From contig CAXIUT010000241.1 of assembly GCA_964035545.1 (NCBI GenBank), forward strand, positions 1 through 31,871: DNA of 31,871 nt. The letters run 5' to 3'. The first letter of the stretch is position 1. Every line of letters starts with the position of its first letter. The notes below the pieces were generated by a model that was given only the letters and a program-made list of their open reading frames with translations, did not search any database and was not told where the DNA came from. Positions 12,266 through 23,672 of this stretch are shown here, in pieces. Source of the DNA: Bugula neritina. Taxonomy: Eukaryota > Animalia > Bryozoa. The position numbers and the translations under genes were made by a program.

Positions 12266-13477
12266 TCATAGGACAAATGTGATCTCCCCAACTTTGATTT
12301 TCCCATTCTTAATTAATTAAACACTGATTCCATCTTTCCCCAAACCAATCTTATCAATTTTGATTCCTCGAACTACAACAGTCTTCAAATACTTACTACA
12401 ATTTTTAAATCTCTTCATACCACCAATAAACTAACTAGTCAGCATATTATCACTCAAATCAATTCTATTAACAAAATTATTCATAGTACATTTTTTAATA
12501 ACATCAATAGCCTATTTATTATTTAGCTGCATGTTAGTTATTATCACTTATTTTATATTATTTTTTATAAATATTGTCTTTAACTATTATTTCTTTGCTA
12601 TCCTCTTTGAATTTTTAGAATTTATCTAAACAGAATTACTACTTATATCTATCTCTTTTATATTTGGTATCCGCTATGTCTATGGTGCGGTAAAACTTAT
12701 CTATGTTTTTGTTTTTATGTGTTTCCTTTATGTTTTCATAGGTATTATCTATGACTTCCACTATAACTATATACTATTTCTATCTAAATTAGGCAACAAC
12801 AACTCCTCCCTGATCGACGTCCTTCTCTTAATAACATCTATCCCTTTGACAGTACTAATATCAAAATACTACAACTTCTGTTTCAAATCCACCTCGATAA
12901 CCAACAAATCCATCTATATCTACCCAATAACCTGACCAATCGACCTGTCCGACAACTACTTCGATATCTACAAATATTTCTACTCACACATACATTCATC
13001 CAAATACTTCTTTTTGCAATACAATTGATAATATCTCTAACCGATCGATGAATTTACAGTCTAGCTGCACTAGAATACTATCTTGCATATTTATTACTAT
13101 AGTTTAGATATTTTTTATTTCCTCTCTTTTTAGATCTAAAAAACCATCTAGTCATACATCTCGTTTATTTCTTTTAACTTTTAATTCAAACAAGTACGGG
13201 CTCTTTACTACATCGTTGTCCAGCGAGAGACAGCATCTTTATTTACCGTCATGTTCAAAGAATCCATTTGGTTTTTGAAAGATTGGTACACCTTTATTGA
13301 ATGTTGAGGCAGTTCTTGCAGATCGATGAACTAGTGATGGCGATAAGATGGATCATAGAGAGCACATTTCTAGCAAAGAAGTTTGCTTGAGGTGAGATCG
13401 ACCACTGACGTTTATCGTTCATGCAGTTGGCAAAAGGAAGACTACATGTTGTTATTTTATTGTTGGTTTATTATCAT
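12266..13477 (-). CDS. B-box-type zinc finger plus coiled-coil protein with a C-terminal LRR-like segment (alternative start 13447)
   Basis: CQLH...LLCEKCALYDPSYRHHEF near the N-terminus, Glu/Lys-rich helical middle, RIDLSDNMLT near the C-terminus; 404 codons without TGA. Confidence 0.65.
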
Positions 13478-13536
13478 AGGAGTAATTTGATGATTAGTTA
13501 CGTAGATTATTGATTATTGATAAATAATTAATATCA

Positions 13537-14324
13537 ATGCAAAATCAACATATCAACTTGTGTTTGCCTGCATAAATAGAACAAAATCAACATAAAAGAA
13601 AACAGCATCTATACGGAGGCATCCACATCAACTACTTCTTGTACTTCTTTGTCCCTTTGCTAGTATTTGTCTGTCTATATTGTTACCACTAATCAGTCAA
13701 AAAGAAATAAGAACGACCTTTCCCCCATGCGACCATCACCAACACCGCATGCCACTACTCACAAGACATCTATTTCAGAGCCCTGATGCTACCATCTGGC
13801 AGTTTTATCTGTCTGATCTACTTCGTGGCCTTCAAATGGCTAAAATACTAAAAATAAAGAACCAACTACCCCTACAGCACTTAGCAATGGCTCCATAAAT
13901 GGGGACAAATCTCAGTAATTGGATTCTACTGCGCTATCGGCACCATCGATGGCGCAGGATATCCAGCCATCCATAGTATAGGTGCAATATTCTTTTTCAT
14001 CATGCTGTATGTTATCGCTGGAGCGGTTTCTATCATATCGAGAGATATGTACAATTGGGATGCTACTGTTCTGGACAGAAGGAGCAAATGGTCAAAATTG
14101 ATAATATTTGGATATATTTCTATCGTTGCTTTGTATTGTGGAATAGGAGCTATTGTTGGAGATTAGGCAGAAAATGATGATGACGTTCATGTGGTTATCA
14201 TTGAGTGGAATTTGACTATTATGGGGTTGATATGGCTGATGACTTTTTGTTTTGATTGAGTGATGTGCAAGTTACCCTCAGAGGTAATTTTGATAAAACT
14301 GTCAAAATGGTTGATAACTCATGA
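13537..14324 (+). CDS. Frag1/DRAM/Sfk1-like membrane protein, paralog B; apparent 1-nt frameshift at ~14258 (in-frame TGA 14257-14259)
   Basis: PFPHATITNTACHYSQDIYFR, AIHSIGAIFFF and VVIIEWNL align with paralog A. Homology continues in another frame after the TGA (SDVQVTLRGNFDKTVK vs KNIYVTLRGEFETTVK) to TGA 14322-14324. Confidence 0.7.
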
Positions 14325-14346
14325 TAAAATCATCAAATTAATAGTA

Positions 14347-14444
14347 TTATCTATCATATTATATCATTAAATCTATCTATTATATCATTAACTCTATCTA
14401 TCATATTATATCATTAACTCTTTCTATCATATTATATCACTAAC
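14347..14444 (+). repeat. Degenerate ~26-bp tandem repeat, four copies (consensus TCTATCTATCATATTATATCATTAAC), next to the telomeric tract
   Basis: Four copies of TATTATATCA(T/C)TAA are directly visible. Confidence 0.85.
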
Positions 14445-14451
14445 TGACATA

Positions 14452-14520
14452 GGGGTTGGGGTTGGGGTTGGGGTTGGGGTTGGGGTTGGGGTTGGGGTTG
14501 GGGTTGGGGTTGGGGTTGGG
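14452..14520 (+). repeat. Internal telomeric tract (GGGGTT)11 GGG
   Basis: 69 nt of perfect G4T2 repeat, same orientation as the terminal telomere. Confidence 0.97.
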
Positions 14521-15744
14521 ATCCTAGAACAATATCCAACATGCCAGCCAGATAAATAGTTAAATTTCGATCAAATTCTTTATATTCTAGATCAAAAGTG
14601 TCGCACCCTTAAATCGAACAGAGATATCGGTAGATAGTTATTTGAGCAGGCTCAAAACAGACACTACAAGGCTACTTTATCTCAAATGGTATCAAAATAT
14701 ATCTAAAATATGTAGACATCAAGATTATGTCTGTTACGAGACTAATCCAAATTACAAACCCTAAAAAACCAAATCTAAAACATCCAATAACGTAAAAAAT
14801 CATTTATCTACCTAAAAATAATCAACATATCTTTTTATTCCAGATTTACCAAAGATGCCACCATCTAATATCGAATCATGCCCACTGACATCCCACCCGT
14901 CACCCTCACAAACAGCGTCAACTAAACTCTCAATCACTAGTTTGTTTATAGATGTAGTAAAATTAATTTGATATCATATTCTACTAAAGTGGAATATAAA
15001 CCTTCAGATGGACTTTTCCTGACTAGCCTAAAATGGTATAAGGATAATACCATCGCATTATCAACTCTTAGAACAATAGTTTTTAAGTCAAATTAAAATA
15101 CATGCCAAAAGGAAAACCTAATAGCATATTATAACTATAAAAAATAACGCAACCTTATAGCAAAACAAATAACGACATAGCAAATCGCATTCAAAAAGCT
15201 ATGCTACTACTAACCATTCCTATAGAAAGGACAATCAATAATCGAAAGCGAATAGTAAAACCAATCAACAATAATAAACTGCCTCCCCTTTCTGAAATAC
15301 CATTCTGCTATTCTATTCTGGTTATCAATTATATCGATAATAGCATAATTGTGGACATCATCGATTTGGCCAGTATAATTTCTAGATGTATTATTTATAT
15401 TAATTAAGATTATTTTTATTTTTTATTTTATTGGAATTCTAGTCAATGTTTAAATGATGTAGTATTCTATGAGTTTTAGTATTGTTCAGTTGGGTTTTGT
15501 TCTGCTTGTTTGTAAATCTATCTGGGGCGCTTGTATCTTACCACATTTTTAACATTTTGGTAGTAAAATAGGTATAGCTATATGCATAGGAATTAAAATA
15601 TTGATGGTTTTGTTGATATTTTTAGCTAGAGGAAAAGATAAATAAGTTAGATAGCAATGCGATCGATATGTTCTAGGGAAATAATATCAATAAAATAGAT
15701 AAAATCAATAAAATAGGTTACAATATGATATCTTCGATGATTGA
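14521..15744 (+). CDS. 5'-truncated hypothetical protein with coiled-coil region and C-terminal transmembrane helices
   Basis: 408 codons without TGA starting at the first base after the telomeric tract (ILEQYPTCQPDKELNFDQILYILDQK...). No ATG for about 55 codons. Possible 21-nt intron at 15388-15408. Confidence 0.6.
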
Positions 15745-16940
15745 TTAATATATATTATGATATTAATATGATTTATAATGTTGAATTAATTATCAAATCA
15801 ATGAAATCTCATCTTTATCCTGAAAAGATCATCATTTCAACTGGTAAATCTTCATTCATTTTATGGTGGATATTAAGCGACAAATTATCCAATATAATGA
15901 CTATTTGAGGGATGAACTTTAGCTATTTTTTTAATAATTATTGAGACTACTTCCTCAACATAAACTATACCTTCAGGATTACTAATTTATTACTTAAAGA
16001 ACCAAACAGCTCTAGCTACAATAGTAAAAGCAGAAACATAATAAGAAACAAGACAATATTAGATAAACCTTTAAAAAATGAGTAATATCCTAGAAAAGAA
16101 ATGCTTTGATTCATTTCAATTTCTACTTCTACCTTTTTTGACTAAAATGTATTATTCTGATAGTAAATTTCTTAAAGGTTGACTAGCAATTCTATCAAGT
16201 ATATTTTAGCTGGAAAATCATCAATAGCACAAGGAATCATTCTTTCTGTTAAATCCATGATATTTTATCCTTTTGATTATTATGAGCTACTAAGCCTATT
16301 TTGGTGGTTGTTTGTTGGTTGAAGTTAGTGGTATTTGATATATCTTTTGTACTTCTTTTATGTTTGAATATTTATACTTGTTACTCTAAGATTTATTCAA
16401 AACTGTTAATTCTATAACATACCATAATCATAGTAAATAAAATATAAATTTATTTATATATTTTTTTGACATTATCTGAAGTACATATTGTAAGTCTAAT
16501 AGTCCCTAGATTTTTATAAATAAGATTAAAAACAAATCTTGAACTATCAAAATTAAAGTTTTTATCAATTTTATGACCTTTTTATTACTAAAAAGAGTGA
16601 TTTATATTGTAATCTACTTTTAATTGCATCAATAATGTTTTTTCTTTAATTGATTTAGGTAATATTTTTAATAGCATATTAACTAAAAATATTATTAGAA
16701 TCGATGTACTGATGATAAAATTATTTTTTTCCAAAAACTAATATCAATTTCTCCAATAAAGTAGATAATTATTTTATTTTAATATAAAATGATAAATGAC
16801 TTTCTTAAACTAAATAAACTTTATTGGAATTCTTTAAGAAAAAAAATCTCTGAAAAAATTATTCCCTTCCTTTTTAAAGTGAATCTGTTTTAAATAAGAA
16901 ATAAAATTACATTAATTCTTTGATTTTTCATCAGCTATCA

Positions 16941-18794
16941 ATGCCTTCCTGTTGTTTCTACCTCAGCAAACTCTTCAGAGCTGTTGACTTCTTCCCCAGC
17001 AGCAAGTTCCTTAGATACAATAGAGACAGTGAGTACACTACATCTACTGGAGGAATCATCTCCATTGCTGTCATTGTTATCTTTATTATCCTCTTCTCCA
17101 GCATGGGACTAAAAACTCTAAGAAAAGAGATCATCACTTCTTCTTCCTTCAGTCAGAGCTAGATCACTCCTTCTGAACTTAAATTTACTAGCGATGCATC
17201 AGGTAAATTTATGTTTACTGTGACTGTTTGGGGAGTTAACTTAAATGCAGTTCCTAAACTTTTTGACATAGAACTTACTCAGGAATTCAGGACAACTGGA
17301 TATATTCTTAAAAATTAGACTAAAATTCCTTTAGTGCCATGCACTATTGAACATTTTGCTTTTGATCCGAAAGCTGAATAAATTTTTGAAAAATTAAGCC
17401 TAAACTAACGTCTATGTCCTTCTATTGGACACTAATTTACTCTTGTAGGACAACCTGCTTCTGACCTTTATGCTCAACTAAAAATTTCAATAAAAAGATG
17501 TAATAGTACTATTGATCCAACCTGTCTGGATGATGTTTCCTTTGCAGCTATTGAGCAAAGTGTAGGATACTTCCGACTGATTATTCCTTACCTCCACACT
17601 ATTGTTAATCCAGGAAGTTAAGACTATAAAAGTTTTAGCTTAGATGACAGAAACATATTTTCTTTCACATCAAAGTTAGGAATTGCAGCAGCTACTCATC
17701 TTCAATAAGACACAATTGAAACTGATGCAAGCATTATGCCTTTTACAGATGTAGAATAATAAAAAGTCATCAGTGTTCCTGAACTTTTCATCTCTTATAG
17801 TTACTAGACTTCTCCAATAAGTACAAGTAATGCTTATAATCTAGCCGAAATTTACATCAGAAAATCCTCAAAAACCACAACTTACACTAGAAGCTTTAAT
17901 AAAGTAGATATTTTTCTGTCATATGTTGGAGGATTAATTGGAACTATCTTAGGACTTATATTCATCTTGAGCTTTTATACTGAAAAAGCCTATGAAATCA
18001 GTTTAGCTAGAAAGGTTTTGGTTGATAATTAAAAAGAATAAATAGAATCAAAATCATTTAACATAGGCTTCTACTTCCTAATGCTAATCAAAAAAGGACT
18101 ATCATATCTAAAGTTCAATCCAGATTGGAATAAAACTCAATACTTTATCGATTGCAGCTAAGAAATGATGAATCAAATCGATATAGCTTATGTAATGAGA
18201 AAACTTCTCTTTATAGATGCTGCTCTAGAGAAGCTACTGGAAAAACATCAGTTATAAAGAACTTATATGAGAGAAAAACCAACTATAGACAAAGTAAAAA
18301 AACAAAGGAAAAAGCATTTTGCTCCTTAGATAACTAAAATGAAAAAAGAAAAAGAAAAAGAGAAGGAGAAATAGTCGAAAGGAAATGATCCCTTTGGAGG
18401 AAATGATGTTTCTAAACATGAAATAATCTATCATTAGCTATAAGGATAAACTAAAAGGAATCCTGATGATAAATAAGAAAGCATTGAAGAAGATGTCAGT
18501 GCTTTGGAGTTCAGCTAAGATAGTGCAGACAACTAAAACATCAACAAGTAAATGAACTCAAGAGATAAGAGCAGAATAGAGCCAGGAAGAGGTCGTTATA
18601 AGAGATAGAATAGTCTCAATCAAAGTGGCCTTTTGAATGTGAAGAAAATATCATCAGATGAGATTATTGAGAAGAGTGAGTAAAATAATATCTAGATCGA
18701 ATATTTAGGATCTTCGATGACAAAAGATAAAGAAAAGATAAAGGAGTAAAGATAAGAAAGGAGAGAGTTAGATAAAAAGAAATCTTTCGGATGA
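16941..18794 (+). CDS. Ciliate-type two-transmembrane protein with large extracellular loop (617 aa)
   Basis: VDFF...EYTTSTGGIISIAVIVIFIILF (TM1), Cys-containing loop, TYTRSFNKVDIFLSYVGGLIGTILGLIFIL (TM2), charged tail. The motif layout matches a family I recall as expanded in Paramecium and Tetrahymena. Confidence 0.75.
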
Positions 18795-18844
18795 TTTAGT
18801 ATTTTGATTAATAAAAATTATTTTATAAAAAAATATAAAAACAA

Positions 18845-19342
18845 TCATTTATTTTTGCTTTGCATGGACAGAAGGATTTATTTGATAGTACTTTCTGATT
18901 TAGAAGAACAGTTTTTCATCATTAATATTTTCTTTTATAAAATCAGATCTAACTCTGAAATACTTTAGAATAACTTTTACTAGTTCTAACAAACTACCTT
19001 TTAGTTTATTAATTTTGTCAAATCGCTCTCTTCATAACTTCTATTTACTTCTACTGTATTGATTTACTCTATATTTTGATTTCTAAAATGAGTTACTGAC
19101 AAGGTATTTTCTTTCGATTCTTTCACAAGTAAGTTTCTTTGAGGTTTAGAAGGTAAAATAGATGACTTCGGAACCTTTAGATAAGTCTATCCTTTCTTTC
19201 TATGAGCTTATTTGAACATTTTTCCCTCATTATGATTTCTTTTCGATGGACTTTTTTGATATTTGCTCTTGAATGGACTTTTTGGTTTAACAATATTGGT
19301 TGTATCTCTATTTTCTTTGTAAATAGTAACCTGTGTATTCAT
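18845..19342 (-). CDS. Hypothetical protein (165 aa)
   Basis: ATG-to-TGA frame (MNTQVTIYKENRDTT...) bounded by very AT-rich spacers; no motif recognised. Confidence 0.55.
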
Positions 19343-19637
19343 TTTATGTGTGAACTCTTTAATATTTTCTATATTATTTAGAAATTAAGAATGATTTATA
19401 TCAATAAATTTCTTACAAGTAATATTTTATTCCTAAAATAATTTTAAAATAAGAGTTAAAATGTTTAAAAAAAAGAAATAATGAACCTTTAAGCCTCTAA
19501 TTTAAACGAATATATTATTAGATAGTAATAAAATCAATCTGTATTTACCATTAAACTCCCTTTTATAACGAATCATATATAGTTTATCATTATTTATCTA
19601 TCAGGTTGATTATTTCAATTCAAATCTTATAAATATT

Positions 19638-20339
19638 ATGTAGAGTATTGATAAAAGTACTTCAGATTTATTGACAGCCAGAATCAGAGAACATGGAATG
19701 AACAATAAAATATAATAGCTTTGTCTGGACTAACTTCCTATCTTCAACTTCACTTGCCAACTCGCTAATATCATCTAAAAATGCATCTCTATTGAGTACC
19801 TGACTCTTTGCAACTGCTCTCTGACTACTTTGAATCACATGCCTTCGCTGCCTAACCTCCAAACTCTGTAACTGAAAAACAATAAGTAAATAATATGACA
19901 ATCATAGACTAGAAGGAGAACATTTGTAGTCTTTGGCTAAGTACAACAAACTCTACCAACTCGATTTGGACAACAACAAAGTATCTAACTTTGGTTGGAT
20001 CAGATTTTTAAAAAGAAATAGAATTACGATTCTGTCTTTAAAAGACAACCCAGTTGTCCTTGAAGCTGAATACAGATAAAAGATATTCAAAACATTTGGA
20101 GTTGATCTCTAGGTTCTAGATGGAATAGACCGTTCAGGCAATGCGATCAATGACAGCTTTAGTAGTGAGTCGAATGATGTAGTTTTGGTTGTATTCAGTT
20201 ATAGGATGATTAAAGTTAAGAAGACTTCAAAGAAGAAAGAGGAAGCTCATAAAACAATAATCTTTCTTTATCAGGAGAAGAGTCAGAAAGACAAAAAAAA
20301 GATAAAATATAAAAGGAAAAAGATAGAGGCTAATAGTGA
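19638..20339 (+). CDS. ANP32-like leucine-rich repeat protein with acidic tail (219 aa)
   Basis: LTTLNHMPSLPNLQTLELKNN, LYQLDLDNNKV, LRRcap LSLKDNPVVLEAEYREKIF...LEVLDGIDRSG, then an Asp/Glu-rich tail. Introns at 19886-19907 (22 nt) and 20179-20198 (20 nt). Confidence 0.8.
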
Positions 20340-20427
20340 TAGTGATAGTACTTATCTTCAAAACTTGATATTCTACTTGAAAATATGATATTTAAACAAT
20401 AAAATTTCCGAAACAAACGAACAACAA

Positions 20428-21397
20428 TCAACAAAACAAATGCAAATGTTCTGGTTTTTCACTCCTGATAATATCTTTCTTTCCCGCATCATTGATATTA
20501 AACCTAACATCCAAAACCTCTAACTTCTCCAAATGTTTCATCATCTCCAACACCCCCTTATCAGTCACCCTATTCGACATCAAATAAATATGAGTCAACT
20601 TCTTTAATTTATTTAATACAACAGCTCCTACATCAGTGATCTGGTTAGTAGTCAAATCCAAATACGTCAGCAATACTAAATCAGAAAGCGATTGTAGACC
20701 ATTATCAGTTATATTGTTTTTTGATATTGATAGCTAAGTCAAATTTTTAAGACGAGATAAATAAGACATGCAACCATCTCCAAGTTTATTGTTTCTTAGA
20801 TCTAATACTTTCAAATTTTTAAGATTTGATATCGAATTCAGTGCCTATGCCTGAAATGAGTTAGAATTTAGTTGAAGTTTGGTCATGTTGGTCAAATGGG
20901 TAGATATGGTGATGATTCCTTGGTTACCTATCTTGTTTTATCCAAGAATTAATGATTTTATGTTTTTGAAAGGAGCTAACTGTTCGATATCCTAATCTCC
21001 AACCTATTGGTTGGGCAGATCAACTTCTTCAGTCTATTCTGTAACAGTTGCATTTTTAATAGTAGCCAGAGTGATAGGTGTACTAGTTCTGACATTTTCT
21101 CCTGAATGTCCTGATTCTATCTAGATCTATAATTTCAATGAGATGTCGTGGATAGCACTTTAAAGTTTGCTATTGGTTTAGGACAGATCTTTTGAGTTGA
21201 GGAGAAGAGAAGAATCGATTTGTGCTTGGCGAGTCAAATCATGTTTGTATTATTAGTTTTCCTTCCTGTAAAGTTTTATCTTCTTCTGAGTCAATGACAT
21301 ATCTTACGCTTTGGAGATCGCATTTATCTTTGAGATTGTTCAGCTACTGCTTTAGTTTATGAAGTTGGGAGGCAGCTGATGGCTATTCTTCTGACAT
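20428..21397 (-). CDS. Coiled-coil plus leucine-rich repeat protein (315 aa)
   Basis: About 7 LRRs (e.g. NLKVLDLRNNKLGD, LLTYLDLTTNQITD). A 22-nt intron at 21286-21307 restores the frame. Confidence 0.85.
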
Positions 21398-21457
21398 TTA
21401 TTATTAAAACTATTAATCTTTGAAATAACCTATTAAATAATTAAATTCAAAAGATGT

Positions 21458-22317
21458 TCAATCACTATTCATGCTATAAAATCCAAGTGGATTATCTTTT
21501 AGTGGCTGCAAGGCTCTCCAATTTCCAACTTTATCTTTTCCATCATTAAACATCTCATAAAAGAAATCTCTTTGCTCCTGACTCATAGAATACACCTTCT
21601 TAGAAACAATCCAATTAACATCTCCAGCATGGCATGATGGAATAGTTATCGATCCCTGATAAAACCAATAATCAAAAGGCTACATATTGCTCAAAAGATG
21701 ACCAAATGACAGTGTAGCATTCACACTAGGAAAAGGAACTGTCTAGTTTCCACTGATATAATTATCTTTTATCACCTGAAGAGCCGGATCGCTTTGACTT
21801 CCTACTTAGAACATAAAAGAAAATGCCACCTTCTAGTTTTTAGGTGAAGCGTATTGGTCGCCACAAAATATCTTAGTTAAGTTATTTATTACCTGCAACT
21901 ACAAATCGTAATAGTTTTTTCCTTATAATTTGTGTTAAGCATGCGCTCTGATTCTCACCTAGGTAGCTCTTAATGAAGGACTCTTTCCGTTGATGGTTTG
22001 GGTGTAGACTTATCCAAAACTGGTAGTAAAAACACTTGTTCGAATGTAGACGGTTGTATTATACCAATAAATCAATCCTTTTTGAGGATAGAAATTAACA
22101 AAAAGGTAAGAATCATATTTCGTTTAAAATGTATTTGGAATTTAGATGGGAGATTGCTGAATACCTGAATAAACATATTAGTACCTGAGGCGCATTGAGA
22201 CCAATCAGTTTACGGTGGTGCCATTTGAGCCCAATCCTCTCCATGATTTTTGTAATCGAAATTGATGTTCTATGCATTGACTGCAACTAACAAGCAAATA
22301 AGAGCCAACTTTATCAT
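21458..22317 (-). CDS. Secreted alpha-carbonic anhydrase family protein, probably acatalytic
   Basis: Signal peptide, FDYKNHGEDW, QQSPI, AEHKLEGK, YWFYQGSITIPSC, VNWIV, NWRALQPL. Introns at 22165-22184 (20 nt) and probably 21872-21892 (21 nt). Confidence 0.85.
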
Positions 22318-22679
22318 TAGTAGTTGATAATAATATTATCTAACTTCAATGATCAATTGTTTAATAATTTAAATAAGATCAAATTCAATAAGGTTTATAT
22401 TTGGCTATTTTTGTATTTATAATTTGATTTTTATGATTTAGATGGTTTTAGACAATTTGAGACTCTTCTTTGGATGTTATTTTACTGTTTTGTGATTATA
22501 TGTTTGGCATTTATTTGATAATAAGACAGATAAGAATGATGTGACATAAATAACATTCTTAAATAATATTGAAAAATCACTATTCATTCTAATATTAATT
22601 ATAGATAAAACTACTACAATAACTTATACTTAACACAAAATATATAATATATCAAAAATATAATTTTATCATCTAAAAA

Positions 22680-23582
22680 ATGAACCCAAAGATAACCAAC
22701 CTGATATCCCACCAAAAAAAATCCCCCTTAATAAAATACTAACGCTAGCTAAACCAACTAAAACACCATCTAAAAATGAAACGAAGACTCTATAACTCAT
22801 AATAGTACAAAGAAATAAACAATCGTTTGAAGCAATGTTAGGCCTTATTCAAAAACTAAAAATATAAATTGATAGAACAAAGAAGTAAAAGTATACTATG
22901 CTAAAGTAGAAATATCAATAGCAATGTCTATCGATAAGTTGGCAATAAATTGATGCTATCAAGAAAAGGAAGGGTACGAGTTGTCGAAAGTGATAGCTAG
23001 AAATTATATGGAATCAATTATCAATCATAGCAGAGCTCACTTACTGATTAGACAGTCGTTATGGAATACTAATTGACACCTATGATAAAGAATCAAATAG
23101 TTAATAAAGGAAATAATCGGGTTAAGACGGTAGGCGATGAAAAGAAAGATAATTTGAGATACGTGTCATAATTTTAGAAGAAAATAAAAGCGCAACTATC
23201 AAGAATATCCCTAAATAACTCAAATATCCTAGAATAACAATAATGTCAGAATAGTAAATAGCAAAGACCTCAATACAAATCATTTAAATACAAAATAAAA
23301 AGAACCATCCCCCGCTCATAGTTAAAACTACCAAAAATAGCTGATATCCAAAACAACTAGCATAGATACAACGATTCAGTACTTGAGCATGACTAACACT
23401 ATGACAATGGCATGAGTTAATATGTAAGAACTAGCCCTTAAAACAACAAATATTCCAAAAGATCTTATCGCAATCATAGCGTTGGCGTTAAAGATCGATC
23501 ATTGGATTAACAACTGGATAAACTATCGAAAGCTACTATTGAGAGGGCCAATCAGTTTCTTAAAAATAATCAGAATAATTGA
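22680..23582 (+). CDS. Hypothetical protein (300 aa)
   Basis: 301 codons from ATG to TGA with TAR=Glu; no motif recognised. Confidence 0.65.
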
Positions 23583-23672
23583 ATAGCTAGGTTTGTTAAC
23601 GGCTGAATGTTTATTTATATGAGTTTTATTGTTGAAGTACTTGGTTAGAATATTATTAATTAAAAACTAGAA

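Noticed and set aside
14347-14444. CRISPR-like array
   Set aside because: No unique spacers, eukaryotic context, no cas genes; it is a simple minisatellite.
14452-14520. Telomeric tract translated as a (Gly-Val)n leader in frame with the downstream ORF
   Set aside because: No plausible start codon or promoter upstream in that frame; G4T2 repeats have no stop in any frame.
15800-16430. Possible gene: ~150-aa minus-strand ORF from ~16258 or a 72-aa plus-strand ORF from ~15863
   Set aside because: The two are exact antisense frames with no motif, and with a single stop codon such ORFs arise by chance. Strand cannot be decided.
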